From the human T2T-CHM13v2.0 reference genome, Homo sapiens, in the NCBI RefSeq assembly GCF_009914755.1, contig NC_060934.1: a stretch of 64,000 nucleotides of DNA, one strand, 5' to 3'. Below the pieces are notes generated by a model. That model was not told the origin of the DNA. It saw nothing but the letters and a program-made list of their open reading frames with translations, and did no database searches. The translations under genes were made by a program, and so were the position numbers. Shown piece by piece: positions 1 through 25,874 of the stretch; the stretch's first letter is position 1; each line of letters starts with the position of its first letter.

Positions 1-35
1 GCACAAATAATTCCTCACAACCCCTTTCTCCCCAG

Positions 36-158
36 GTCATGGAGAAGTGTAAGGATGCAGGATTGGCCAAGTCCATCGGGGTGTCAAACTTCAACTGCAG
101 GCAGCTGGAGATGATCCTCAACAAGCCAGGACTCAAGTACAAGCCTGTCTGCAACCAG
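36..158 (+). CDS. AKR1C4: AKR1C4 exon 5 ([41 protein letters not shown])
   Basis: Polypyrimidine tract + AG at 34-35 and GT at 159-160; 123 nt; translation matches aldo-keto reductase 1C4. Confidence 0.97.
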
Positions 159-674
159 GTGAGCACCCTCAGCCTCCTCTCCTTTCTCTTCTCAATGTCC
201 ATCTTCCTGTCCTACTGCCTGGCTTCCATTTGTTTTGTTCCACTTACATTTGTGAAACAGAAGATTCTAGAAAGCAAAACATCTGTCTAGAAGAAAACGG
301 AAGACCCTTAATTGCACCTCTTCTTGGAGAAGTCTTAATGAAAATGGTACAGAGACCTTCATGCTAAATTGTGTGTACTATTTTGGGGGGAGGTGAATTT
401 CATCAAGGAGGACTGAAATGGTTAATCAGAACTCAGGGAGAAGGTGGACTTATCTCTAAGGTATGAAAGACCACCAGAGAGTGGATTGGTAAAGATGATT
501 TGGAGTAGAATGTATATAATTATAGAGGCCATAAAAACATGGGATGAGCAATAAATCAGGAGACAGTGAGAATAAGAGAAGATCGGTACTACGGGTTTAA
601 ATAGGGTTTAGATGTCTGAATGCTTTTTGTCATCTCTGTTTTCATAGTTCTTGAGCAGGTACTAAAAATTAACT

Positions 675-1832
675 GGAAACAATGAAAGTCATCCAGGTTA
701 GGGAGAGGAAGTTACCCGTTTATGAGAGTTGCTTGAGAGATAAGCTGAAAGGATGTGGCGTGCTACCCCCACCCCTGCCTCGTGTAGAAAAGCCTGCCAA
801 TGTTGCCTCATTTAGACCCAGACTCCAAAACGGGAGTCTTATAGCTGGGCCACCTAGGAAGAGAGGTTCTAAAGCATAAAAAAGAAAGCATTTCATTTTG
901 GGACACTTATTTGCAGCTGGAAATGGGGGAATGGGCTAACTGGCTAAACTACTATCTTGTCCATCCTGCCTTCACTTCAGTCCTTCCACATTGTTATTTG
1001 GTGTTTGGACTGTGCTAGAAGAACTGTTTTATACAGGCTGCTATTCAATAAATTTGTAAATACCATACCCACACCAAAGGATTTAACACTGAAAAGATTA
1101 AGGTAATTTTGGAAAATTCTAAAAGTCACTTTTCACTCCTGAGATGTAGGTGGTCAGAAGAAATGAGGAACTCTGTAGAAGCCATATGCAAGATGCACAG
1201 ATGGCATTGTGTTTGTTGTGGACTGTTGATGTTAACAGGATGGAAGAAGTCAAAACTGAACTTTATAAAATAGGGTATAAGAAAATAAAGATGTCCCTGT
1301 ACTTACAGGTGCTAAGAAACTAGACTTGAAGAACTTGTCTCTCTCAGAAATTGAGAAATTGTTAGCAATGGTTGAACTAAGCTCATCAACTCCTTGGCAT
1401 TTGCAGCCTACCTGTGCAATCATAGGACATGAAATAAAGGAAGGACTTGAGAAACTCCATGATGTGATAATGAAGAGAAAAATATTGCAGTAATATAAAA
1501 AGATGAATATGATACCTTTTCTATATATGTAGAATAGATTTTCTCTGGTCTGATTTTGACAAATACAAGACTGTCTACAGCCTAGTTTTCCTGTATGCCC
1601 TCCTGGGTGCTATCAAAGCTTCATTTCATTGAACAATCAGATGCCCAACTCTGTGGCTTTGTGGAAGATGAGTAAATGCAGTAATGCTTGAAATGGTCTC
1701 TTCTCCCTAGCCCACAAATATTTTGGTACTATCATTTTGGGAAGTCAAGCAAGTATAGTAAATTAACCAGAACACAATTGTGGAAATTTGATGCAAAGTT
1801 AGTGAAATAAAACTTTAAAGAGTGAAAAAAAG
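675..1832 (+). pseudogene. ARL4A processed pseudogene in AKR1C4 intron 5 (sense; possibly the annotated ARL4AP3)
   Basis: Degenerate CDS ~923-1506 reads ...SFHIVI, KGFNTEKIKV, DVGGQ, RCTDGIVFVVD, STPWHLQPTCAIIG, KEGLEKLHD with frameshifts and stops; AATAAA 1806-1811 then A-tract; candidate TSD aaaattaact (665-674) / aaagttaact (1833-1842). Confidence 0.92.
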
Positions 1833-3281
1833 AAAGTTAACTATTTATGGAGATAACTAGTTATGGTGGATGAAATCAACACTGAGGAAAATTTAGCAGA
1901 ACATTGAGCTGACCTTTTGACTGTCCACATCTTATTCTGATGCACTGCTTTGCTTTCTGTCATCAAATCAACTGTTTAGAAGCATTTATTCTGCGTATGG
2001 TTCTGTTCTCTTACTCTTTTACTACTTAGAGTCAATGAGTACAGGTCTACAGTTGAAACATGTATTTAAAATTTATGTATTTGGTAATATAATACAAAAT
2101 CATGATTTTCAATTAAAAAGGAATTAATGTGGTTTTAATATTAGTTTTACTCAATTTTTATTATGACAACTTTCAAATTTTAGAGAAATTTGAAGGGATA
2201 ATACAGGACATCTACATGTTATCATCTATTTCCAAAATTGTTGACACTTTGCCAACCTGGCAAGTATATAGGCATATATGAGTATATCTGCATCAATACA
2301 GGTAGTATTTGTTGAATCTCTTCAAAATATATTCCAATGATCACAATTCACCTCTACAGACCTTTCAAAGCATGGCATAGGAATGAAGATATTCTCCCAG
2401 TAACAGTGCAATTATTATATCTAAGGAAATAACAATAATGCCCTCATATCATTGATTATCCAGTCAGTATTCATATTTCCCATTGTTTTATTGAAAGATC
2501 TCTTATACCTCTATTTTAACCATAAATAGAAGATGAAAAAATTTAAAGATACCATAAGATATTAAGTACCTGAAATTATACCTAATAAAAGATGTGTATG
2601 ACCTCTAAGGAGAGAATTATAAAACAATGAAGAATAAATAAAAGATGTATCATGAAAACAAAAACAAAAAAAAAACATCCAATTGTGACTTTCAGTTTGT
2701 TGTACTTTGGTCAGTTAACTTGTTGTTCCAAGTTTTTAAAATTTAAGTTTGTGTAGATTAGAAGTTATACTTGAATGCTTTATATCATAGAAGTTAAACA
2801 TTTTTGGTGAGAAACTGCCTCTACATTGCTGTATCCCTGAAATTATACCACAGTAGGCAGCATGAAATGACAGATTGTCCCACAATTAGTGATGCTAATT
2901 TTGATCACTTGGTTAAACAAGTGGTAACCAGATCTAATTTCCAGAGACATGTGTTCTCCCCTTTGTAATTACTGGTAATCTGCTGGGTGAAATAAGAGGG
3001 AAAGTTATATTACACAGCAAATTTTCACATGATGATTGAGTATACATCAATGATGTTTTAAATTTTTGTATTGTATTATTGTATTTGTTCTTTCCTTGGG
3101 GCTTTAAAGTAATTACTTTCAATTTTAACTACAAGTTTTACTATTCTTTACGTTTTATTATAAAAAAATTTTTTTCACAAAGTCAAGAAAAGAAACAATT
3201 ACTGCTCTCAGATATGCCAAAAGCTTAACTCCTTCCCTTTAATTATTCATTTCCTAGAAAAAAAATTACTGTAATAATCAC

Positions 3282-5846
<2,565 letters not shown>

Positions 5847-6369
5847 ATCACCATTGGTGAAGGCAAATACTTTTGATCACTCTGTCTTTTAACCACTCAA
5901 CACTATGAAGACATGGATTGTTTTGCTATAATTTGTAATTCATTTTATTCATTGTTGGTTTTTGATGCTCAAATCTATGCAAATGTTACTGGGATTCCTA
6001 TAAAACTACTTTTCTCTTTTAAACCTGCCCTTATGAGTCTTTAAAGAAATTCTTACATTCTGGCACAATTTGATGTTCAAAGCTCAGAATCTTAACCTAT
6101 CCCAAGTCTAGAATTGGCCATGTGCACTTCTAGTGGTCAAAGGTTGTTAGAAACTGGCTCTGGTTCATAGAGTTGCTAATGCTCAGAAATAACATTTCTA
6201 TATATACTTTTAGACCAGCAATATAAACTGTATTTTTATAAACTGATTGTTACTTGACAGTAATATTCTGTTCAAATTTAATGTTATACTTTATTCAGCT
6301 TATTTTAATCTTTATATTAACATATCTGTTTTGAATTATCTGATGCTTTTCTCTCTTGATCATCTAAAG

Positions 6370-6479
6370 GTAGAATGTCATCCTTACCTCAACCAGAGCA
6401 AACTGCTGGATTTCTGCAAGTCAAAAGACATTGTTCTGGTTGCCCACAGTGCTCTGGGAACCCAACGACATAAACTATG
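6370..6479 (+). CDS. AKR1C4: AKR1C4 exon 6 ([37 protein letters not shown])
   Basis: AG at 6368-6369, GT at 6480-6481; 110 nt; in frame with exon 5; [13 protein letters not shown] is characteristic of 1C4. Confidence 0.97.
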
Positions 6480-6747
6480 GTAATAAGAGCATCAGGAAGT
6501 TTACCTAAAATGCCATTTTGATGAAAAATTTTAGTTATAGCATACTCAGTCTCCTAGAGTTCATTCTCAATGGGTCAGGGTAAGGGGATAATTTTCATTT
6601 CTTATGAGATACCAGGTGATGCTGCTGCTGTTCAGGGACCTCACTTGAGAGGCTCTGGTGCAGAATGAACACCTTAGTCTGTTTAGGGAGCCTCCTACCA
6701 AACTGAATCCAGCCTCAAGACTTCAGCATTTCTGGCTTTCCTTCCAG

Positions 6748-6913
6748 GGTGGACCCAAACTCCCCAGTTCTTTTGGAGGACCCAGTTCTTTGTGCCTTAG
6801 CAAAGAAACACAAACGAACCCCAGCCCTGATTGCCCTGCGCTACCAGCTGCAGCGTGGGGTTGTGGTCCTGGCCAAGAGCTACAATGAGCAGCGGATCAG
6901 AGAGAACATCCAG
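6748..6913 (+). CDS. AKR1C4: AKR1C4 exon 7 ([12 protein letters not shown]...[14 protein letters not shown])
   Basis: ttccag acceptor, gtgagg donor; 166 nt; contains the cofactor-binding LAKS motif. Confidence 0.97.
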
Positions 6914-8820
6914 GTGAGGAGTTGGGTGGGCATCAGGGCTCCTGCACAGTGTCCTTCACACGTGTGCTTCTTGTAAGGTTCTCAGGACACCCTTGGACTA
7001 AGTCCACTTCCTGGGCATTTCCTATGCACAAATGCTTTGTGTGCATAAGTGTTTTCTACTCTACCACAGGAGGGGCAGCATGGGTGGAGAGAATCAGGAT
7101 GGGACCAAAACCAGGAATTTTGGTTTCACAACATAAAGTTGGCAACTTAACTCTATCCCTCTGCTAGGGACATCACCTTTTCTTCATTTTCTGAAGTGAG
7201 GAGTTGGGTTAGGTGTTCTCTAATCTTCAAAAATCATTGCAGATTTTTCATGTCCTTGTTTACTCAGTATAAATTTCATATATTTATTCTCTTAGAATTA
7301 TTTGTTGAGTGCCTGTTGAAATCTTTGGGTATTTTATTAGGTTGCATGTCTTTTTCTATGTGTAGAAGATCATAATTATACTGAGTAAACTTATTAAAGA
7401 AAACCTCTCAACATAGAGGTTTAATACAAAACCATTTATTTAACTGACAATTCCATGGTTTGAAATTTAGCCTAAAGCTCCACCTGAACTCAGTCTCGTC
7501 CTGTTTCTGGCTGGGCTTTCTCACGTGTGTGCAGGGCAATGAGGCAGCTCTACAGAATTAATCCAGAATCCATATTCTGGATATTCTTTAACAGCTTCAA
7601 ATGTATTGTTGAAATAGCCTCTCCCAAAATGTACCCGTATTTTGATTCCCTTTATGGTGGTTTTAATAAGCAAAAGTTTCTACTCTTAATGTAGTCAAAT
7701 TCTTTATGACATTTTCTCGTGGTTGCTAATATCATGACTTTTTCTATATTGGAAACATGACAATATGTTAATATATTATATAGTAAAATATTATGTAGTA
7801 ATACAAAGTAATATATTATTGTCTATTAATATCTTATAAAAGTATTAATGTGCTTTTATAAACTGGGATAGTAATTTGATTTTTAATATGTGAAATAAGA
7901 GTACAAATGTACATATACATAATCTTCACTTGATACTAAAATGTCCTACTAAGAATTATTGAAAAGTCCATATTTGCTCACTTATCTTGATTTTTCATCC
8001 TAAGTGTCCATAAGTACTTCACTGACATTTCCCCTCTTTCAGAGTTAACTTTCCTGTACTGTTTAAGATTATGTTGAATAGAAAGTCTTACTACCATAAT
8101 AGTAACAGTATTTTTCTGACTTAGTCTATATATAATAATGGCTTGGCTAGTCCTGAATGAGTGTTCTGTTACATAACATTCAGTAATATCAACTTCAACA
8201 AAAGGGCTAATATTTTGTTCTCTGGCTGAAATTGCTGTGAAACTGCAGATCAATTTGGTGAGAACTGATTGAGACTTCCAGTTTACGACCATAGACCATA
8301 TGAATATTCAGTTATTTATGTGATATTTTAATATGTGCTTCAATTAGTTACATAGCATTCTTTATTAAGGCATTCGTGTATGTTTTCCTAGATTTATTCA
8401 TAGAAAACTTATACTTTTAATAGTCTTTGGATAACTTTTTTTGAGAATTTTCTAATCTATGCAAATATTCTAAGAATACAATGAATGCTTCTTACCTAGA
8501 CTCATCAATTGTTAAATTGATGACATTTTTATTCTTTTCCTCTCATTCTCTGTATCATTAGAGTATTCCATTAAAATTTAGTAATTTAGTATTATGTTAG
8601 CAATGAGTGACATCTTTTTGATATTTAAATTCTTTCCAATTTGTATACTGAGACCCTCTTCAAGAAACTATTTGTGTTCTTTGAGCATGATGTTATTAGG
8701 ATTTGGACAATTACTGTCTTGAATTTTATTGAAAACAATTGTTTTTCACATTATAGCTGTTTGTCAAAGATGGAAATACAGATGAATAAATTTGGATTTC
8801 AGTATTTCTACATCTGATGT

Positions 8821-9074
8821 GAAACTGTATAATGCTGCAGACAAAGAGGATCTCAACAGATACTAGAGATGAAATAAAGTTAAACTGGTGTGTACATGAC
8901 TGGTTCATGTACTTATAAGATTCGGAAGAATCTGGAGAAAAATTTTGAAACTTATAATTTAGACAGTTTGATGGTGATACAATTTGGATATTTGTCTCCT
9001 TCTAATCTCATGTTAAAATGTGATCCCCAGTGATGGAAGTGGGGTCTGGTGGGAGGTGTTTGTGTCATGGGGGC
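8821..9074. repeat. Left arm of an inverted duplication (partner 10015-10261)
   Basis: Reverse complement aligns over ~250 bp and spans the MST LTR end plus its flank. Confidence 0.9.
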
Positions 9075-9109
9075 AAATATAGAAATATAGAAATCCAACA
9101 ATATCCATC

Positions 9110-10115
9110 TGTATTAGTCTGTTTTGTGCTGTTGTAAAAAAAATACTTGATGCTGGGCAATTTATACAGAAAAGAGCTATATTTGGCTCACAATTTGCAG
9201 GCTGTACAAAAAGCATAGCACCAGCATCTCATTCTGGAGAGGCTTCAGGAAGCTTTAAGTTCCAACATTAGGTCATTCCTTTGCACCCATACCTGATCAT
9301 AGGCTGTTAGAAGCAGTCACACTATCTCTTGAATGTTTTCCTGCTTAGAAATTTCTTCCACCAGATACCCTTAGTCATCACTAAGTTCAGACTTCCACAA
9401 AGTCCTGGAATGGACACGATGCAGTCAAGTTCTTTCGTAAGGTATAACAAGGGTGATCTTTGTTCCAGTTTTTAATAAGTTTCTCATTTTGATCTTAGAC
9501 CTCATTAGCCTAAACTTAGTTGGCCATATTTTTAATCAGCATTTTGGTCAGAATCACTTAACCAATGCCTAACAAGTTCCAGACTACCCCTTATCTTCCC
9601 ATTTTCTTCTGAACCCTCCTGACACTTCCAAACTGTGCTAATTATCCAGTTCTAAAGCCACTACCACATTTTCAGACATTTTTAGCAATGTCCCACTCCT
9701 GGTAACAATTTTCCATATTAGTCCATTGTGCGCTGCTATAAAGTACCCGAGGCCAGATAAAATATGCCGAAAGTTGTTTTGACTTACCATTTTGCAGACT
9801 GTACAAAAATCATGGCACCAGCATTTAGTTTTGGTGAGGGCTCAGGAAGCATTTACTCGTGGTAGAAGGTGACAGAGGAGGAAACATATCAAATAACAAG
9901 AGATGAAGAGGGAAAAAAAGAAAATGTCAGGCTCCTTTTTAAACCAGATTTCATGTGAACTAATGCAGTGAACACTCATTACCATGGGGAGGGCACCCAG
10001 CCATTCATGAGGGATGCCCCCAGGGCACAAACACCTCCCACCAGGACCCACTTCCATCATTGGGGAATTACATTTTAACATGAGATTAGGAGGGGACAAA
10101 TATCCAAATTGTATC
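9110..10115 (-). mobile_element. MST (MSTB-like) MaLR: partial LTR, deleted internal region, LTR (~9715-10115)
   Basis: tgtattagtc start, MST-int-like body, ggacaaatatccaaattgtatca end. Confidence 0.8.
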
Positions 10116-10463
10116 ACCATCAAACTGTCTAAATTATACATTTCAAAATTTCTCTAGATTCTTCTGAATCTAAGTACATGAACCAATCATGTGCACATAA
10201 GGTCAACTTCGTTCCATCTTTAGTTTCTGTTGAGATCTTGTCTTCAGTTTTGTGCAGTTTCAATATGTAATATCTAGGAATAGATTTATATTTTATCTGA
10301 TATTCTTTAATCACTTGAGAGTTTAGAGATGGTCTTTCATAACTTTTGGAAACTTATCAAGTATTTTACATATTGCCTCTACACCCTACTGTGTGATATA
10401 CTTGGCTATTCCAAGTTGACAATTATGCAATCTAAGAATAAACATTTTCTACTTCTTTGGTAG

Positions 10464-10546
10464 GTTTTTGAATTCCAGTTGACATCAGAGGATATGAAAG
10501 TTCTAGATGGTCTAAACAGAAATTATCGATATGTTGTCATGGATTT
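10464..10546 (+). CDS. AKR1C4: AKR1C4 exon 8 ([28 protein letters not shown])
   Basis: tag acceptor at 10461-10463, gtaagt donor; 83 nt; read manually (too short for the ORF track). Confidence 0.96.
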
Positions 10547-11231
10547 GTAAGTAACTTTGGAAAATGGGTTTCCCAGTTTATTTTTAGAGGAGGAATGTCA
10601 GATGGGTGTTGAAAGTGACCTCAATACCAGGGAGACAGAGGCCAGTGCAAGTGAGAGGTGAGACAGGAACTCTCTGGAACTCTCCTTCTGGATTCACTCC
10701 AGAGCTCTGTTCTCTGACAGGGTGAGTGGACCCAGGGTCAGCATGGGTCAACCTGTGCCTCTGCTCTCCTGACTCCATGGAAATTTCCAGAGCAGCCAAT
10801 ATTATTGCTAAATCTGCAACTTTCATGTAGGCCTGGCATTTCTGCCGTGGCCTAGTGGACAGTAGATATTGCCCATATGGCTTGATTAATGTTTTTCCAA
10901 ATCTGTACTTATAGCTTTTTCTTCCAAATCCACTCAGTTTCTTATCAGCTAAAAAACATTTCCAACAACACTGGTGTCCATGCCAGAAATTCTCTTCTCT
11001 TCCATATGGAATTGCTCACTAGATCATGTCAATTCAGTATCTTTAATTGTTTCAAATTTCTTTCTTCCTTCTCTTTAGACATTTGCTCATGACCCAAACA
11101 CTGCATTTTGCCTCCAGGAAGTTTGCCCTTAGTAGGCAATAGAACTCTTGGCTTTAATTTTTGCAATATGGAAATCTCAATGCAGAGTATAAAGAAGCTT
11201 TAGAGAAGATAGATTAAAAATCAAGGGAAGA

Positions 11232-11527
<296 letters not shown>

Positions 11528-12468
11528 TCAAGGGAAGAGTTGGAAAGTCCCATCTTTGGGGATAATATATAGCTGACAAAAGATCTTACTCTTTTCTATA
11601 TGCTCCAAGGTTCTAGGATTCACAGAAAGGCACTCATGTGATGAGGGCAAAACAAGTTATGTCACTGCCTGCAGTGGAGATGTTAACAAGTAATAGACAT
11701 GAGATAATGTATTAAAAAGGATAAGCACAGCAGCACATCATAAGAACTCAAACATTTTTAGATATCTTTATTAGTTTAGAGGAAAATAGTAAAATAGAAA
11801 ATCATGAAAAGGAAAGGAAGAGTGGCAAACATCAGTAATTCTCACCAATCAATTATTCAATATTAATGAATCATTTATTCATTCTATTTTGTGTGATTTT
11901 CACCTAAAGATTGCCCTTAGCATATTGTAGGGTTTTGAATATGGAACCCCATATCACATATGACAATTTACATGTCTGAATCAAAGAAAATATTTTCCAT
12001 ATGGTAAGCAGCTAGTCAGTAATGAATACATTCTTTTAAAAGGATATGTGATTGCTACCAATAACATTTAACCCTCAAAACTTTTTGTTAATGATGAACA
12101 TATAGCTGGCTTATTTCTATTCAAAACAATGCAAGATGAGTTCCTGCTTTCATTGAGAATTTGAAATAGAAAATGTCAGAATATCTCTTTGCTCTGTTGA
12201 CAGATATGGAGGACTATGTTTGAACAATTGACCCTGTGTAGTTTGTGTGATAAATTCCAGGCAAGGGAATATAAGTTGAAAATTTTCTTATTTTGAAAAA
12301 AAAAAAACACATTATAAACTCATGTTCATGAAAGACATTCCACAAATAGTCCGAAAATAAACTTCTTAACATTCACACTAATGGCAGCTTCATATAAATT
12401 CACTTTGCTACCAGCTTTTTAATAGAGTCATTTCATCCATATTTATGTACTATCCTTTCTCTTTTCAG

Positions 12469-12511
12469 TCTTATGGACCATCCTGATTATCCATTTTCAG
12501 ATGAATATTAG
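12469..12511 (+). CDS. AKR1C4: AKR1C4 exon 9 coding part (LMDHPDYPFSDEY*)
   Basis: ttttcag acceptor; phase continues exon 8; TAG at 12509-12511; typical AKR1C C-terminus. Confidence 0.96.
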
Positions 12512-12677
12512 CATAGAGGGTGTTGCACGACATCTAGCAGAAGGCCCTGTGTGTGGATGGTGATGCAGAGGATGTCTCTATGCTGGTGACTGGACACACG
12601 GCCTCTGGTTAAATCCCTCCCCTCCTGCTTGGCAACTTCAGCTAGCTAGATATATCCATGGTCCAGAAAGCAAACAT

Positions 12678-12683
12678 AATAAA
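12678..12683 (+). terminator. AKR1C4: AKR1C4 polyadenylation signal AATAAA
   Basis: AATAAA ~170 nt after the stop, followed by U/GU-rich sequence (12705-12775). Confidence 0.85.
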
Positions 12684-14454
12684 TTTTTATCTTGAAGTAA
12701 TTGAATGTTTTTCCTTAAAGATTCTTTTCCTACTCCTTTCTCTGTTACTTGTGTGTTTCTTTTCCTTCTAGTTCTTTAAGGCCAAAAACTGATTTGCCTA
12801 TAAGTTTGGGGCAGAGAGTAGATGATAACCAATATTTTATAGACATTTTTGAGGTGAGAGTAGGTGGAGTTTTCAGCCTCTAGAGGAGAAGCAAGTGACA
12901 TATTTGTTAGTCTGTCTTTAGCTCTTCCAGAAAGAAGAAAACACACAGCACAGAACCTGAACATGAGCCATATTGACAGGATGACCAACAATTAATGGCC
13001 TCCCTCCAGCATCGCAAGAATGGGAGCTCCAGCAACCTAGGGGTGCAGCATCCCTGTGGGGTAATGGTTAGGGAGGTGGGAGGGCACCCATCCAGGAGAA
13101 ATAATTAGGAGTCAGATATGGGAGAGGTGAGAAGGGAGTTGAGCACATTCTGCTTGGGAAATACAAACACATGCTCTTTTGTTAATTACGTCTTGTGCAT
13201 AAAAGGAAACTTCCCACATCGTTTTAAGGCTGAGAGCCAGGCCTTGACCTCCTCTGTGTGCCCAGTATCAGCAGTGACCTTGCTGGGCTGTGGTGGAGCA
13301 GGACATCAAAGACACCAGTGACTGGCCACATTCTCCTGAATATCAGCTCCATTTAGAACAAATTTTAGATTCTAAAAATATACTCTTAATTTGTTCTACT
13401 CAGTCTTTTGAAATATTTCATACATTCAAAAAGGCACACTTACTAATATAAAATATCTGAAAGCCATTACATGTTGTCAAATTAATTTCAAAATTGCAAA
13501 TACATCTAATTATCCAAAATTTCAAAACTCTTCTGTAAACAGTGTATGTCAATAGCATGATGCTTTCAAACTTTGTAATAATTATTCCTGAAAGTTACTA
13601 AAGACACCTAATTGTTCATATAGTTTGTAGGGGTACAAATTTAATCAGCTAGTCAAGAAAATAAAATTTCATTCCAGACAACTTTTTGAAAAGTTGGGAC
13701 AATGTTATGGGCTACTGGCCAAAGCACTTTGAGACTGACAGGTGTTTATGACCTGTGCACATTTTCCAGTGCTTTTACCCTCCACTGATTTAACCCCATT
13801 AGAGGGGTTTCCTTAAGCCATGTCTTTCAGCTGAGAAATATCCTGCCAAGTTTTGTAGTTTACAATATTTCCTAAAATGATTTGTTTCTTAGAAGTGGAA
13901 GAGGCCATAAACTTTGGAAGACCCTTGGGTGATCTTTGGACTGGTTTTCTGTCTTCACTCATTTCCTTGATGATGTCAAATATTCTCATGGCTTTAAATA
14001 CAACCTCTAGGCCAAGAAACCACAAATCAATATCGGCAGGTGAGCTTTTTCTCCGAAACTCCAGAATGAAACATCATATTGTCTGCATCTCTACATTAGT
14101 GCCTAATGGACTTTCACACTTAGCATGACTCAAACAAAGCTCATTTCAATTGCTGCCTTCCTGTTCCACCTCAATGTTCCTAGACTAAGTAATGATTATT
14201 TCACGTCTTGTAAAGTTGATTGACATAATCAAAAATTAATGTTTTTTTAACTTATTAGTCAAGTATGTAATGCTAAAGAATTTCAGATTTTCTTAGTATG
14301 CATGACATTATTTTCCCCAAGATGTGAATAATTAGAAGTCATTTATAAATAGTAAATCTAAAAAAATAAAAAATAAATAGTAAATCTGCTACAGGCTTAT
14401 TCTACTTGTTTACCCTTCATTTTCACAGAAATCTTATTTTGAAAAGAAAGTTTA

Positions 14455-14755
<301 letters not shown>

Positions 14756-14865
14756 TTACTTGGAATTTTTTAAAGCTTAAATTGGGAACACACAGAGGTT
14801 ACAGAATTTTGTTACATCCAATTCCTCATGTCATTATATTTTTTCTATAAGAAATGCTAAAGTGA

Positions 14866-15200
14866 GGCTGGAACAGTGGTTCACGCCCGTAATCCCAGCA
14901 ATTTAGGAGGCCGAGGTGGGCAGATTACTTGAGGTTAGGGGTTTGAAACCACCCTAGCCAACATGGTGAAATCTCATCTCCACTAAAAATGTGAAAATTA
15001 GCCAGGTGTTCTGTCATGCACCTGTAATCTCAGCTACTCAGGAGGCTGAGGGAAGAGAATTGCTTGAACCCGGGAGGTGGAGGTTGCAGTGAGCCAAGAT
15101 CAAGATCACGCCATTGCACTCCAGCCTGAGCAACAGAGTGAGACTCCACCTCAAAAAAAAAAAAAAAAAAAAAAAAAAAGGAAGAAAAAGAAAAAGGAAG
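14866..15200 (+). mobile_element. AluS
   Basis: Alu dimer, long A tail, TSD containing atgctaaagt. Confidence 0.92.
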
Positions 15201-15858
15201 AAATGATGCTAAAGTCAGTACTTCAGGCTGAAATAAAAGACAGTAACTCAAACCCATAAAGATGTATAAAGACTGCTTGTCTCTCTATATAGGATAAAAT
15301 ATGAAAAAAATGTATTTTTGAAGTTCACATTTTTACTCCATTTATCTCAAGATTTGAAATATAAATGTATGCAAATAACACTAAATTAATATGTACATAA
15401 TGTGTAATCTCACTGACAGAAGTAATGTGAGATGAAGAGAAAGAAACCCTGTGGAAAGGTTTATGAAATACTGGTAGATTGGTATTGATTCACAGTAAAT
15501 TGGTATTGATTCTAAGCAAATTGTTATAACTTTATAAAGTTGTATGTCATCCTCACAGCAACCACAAAGAAAATAACTATAGAATATACTTAAGAGGAAA
15601 TGATATGGGAATCCCAATGTCACTTCTAAAAGTCATGCAAACACACCAAAAAAATAGTAACTGTGGATATGAAGGACAAAAAAGCTATGGACAGAAAGGA
15701 AAGACTGAAAATAGCAAAAGTCACATTTTCCGTGTCACTAATTCAATCATGCATCACATCACACCTCTTCTGAAAGAGGCTTTATTAGGCAATTTCATCT
15801 TTCTTTGTGCAAAGATGAGGGAGTATAATTACATGAACTTGGATGGCATAGCTTACTA

Positions 15859-22623
<6,765 letters not shown>

Positions 22624-22827
22624 AGAGTAAAAATATGGGTCCGAGGCTACAAACCTGCACAGCATGCTCCTGCACTGAATACCATGGGCAAGTGTAGCAC
22701 GATGGATAGTATTTACATATCCAAATATATTTTAACATGGAAATGGTACAATAAAAATAAGCTATTAAGTTATGAAACTGCTGTTGTATATGTGGTTTGT
22801 CATTGACCAAAATATTATTATGTGTGC

Positions 22828-23110
22828 TGAGAAGGGAGGTGGTCTGAGAGGGCAGTGAGCCTGAGGAGGAGGTGTTCTGAGAGGGGCGTGATTCTGAGGG
22901 GGGAGGTGGTCTGAGGCAGGGCCCCGGGTCTGAGGCAGGTCCAGGTGAAGGGGCGTAGGTCTGCGAGAGGAGGTCGGCTGAGAGGGGTGTGGGTCTGAGC
23001 AGGGACGGCCCCCGAGGGGGTTGGGTGTGATGGGGGAGAGCAGAAGAGGCAGGCATTGGTCTGAGGGGGGAGGTGGACTGAGGGGCATGTGGGCCTGTGA
23101 GAGGCATGGG
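22828..23110. repeat. G-rich degenerate ~17-bp repeat (ctgagggggaggtggt-like)
   Basis: Recurring (t)ctgag + G-run units in otherwise AT-rich DNA. Confidence 0.85.
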
Positions 23111-23226
23111 CTTAAACAGATTAAATTTCTATTTCAAAAGCAAATCGATTGGCAGAATAGATTTTACAATTATAGGATCAAAATCTACTCAAAAACTGTG
23201 ACAAAATATAAACAAGACATTAATTA

Positions 23227-25838
<2,612 letters not shown>

Positions 25839-25874
25839 TTGATAAATGGGTCAAATCATGAAAAATATAACACG

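Noticed and set aside
159-290. ORF extension past AKR1C4 exon 5 (similar extensions at 6247-6369 and 6914-6976)
   Set aside because: Intronic read-through beyond canonical splice sites
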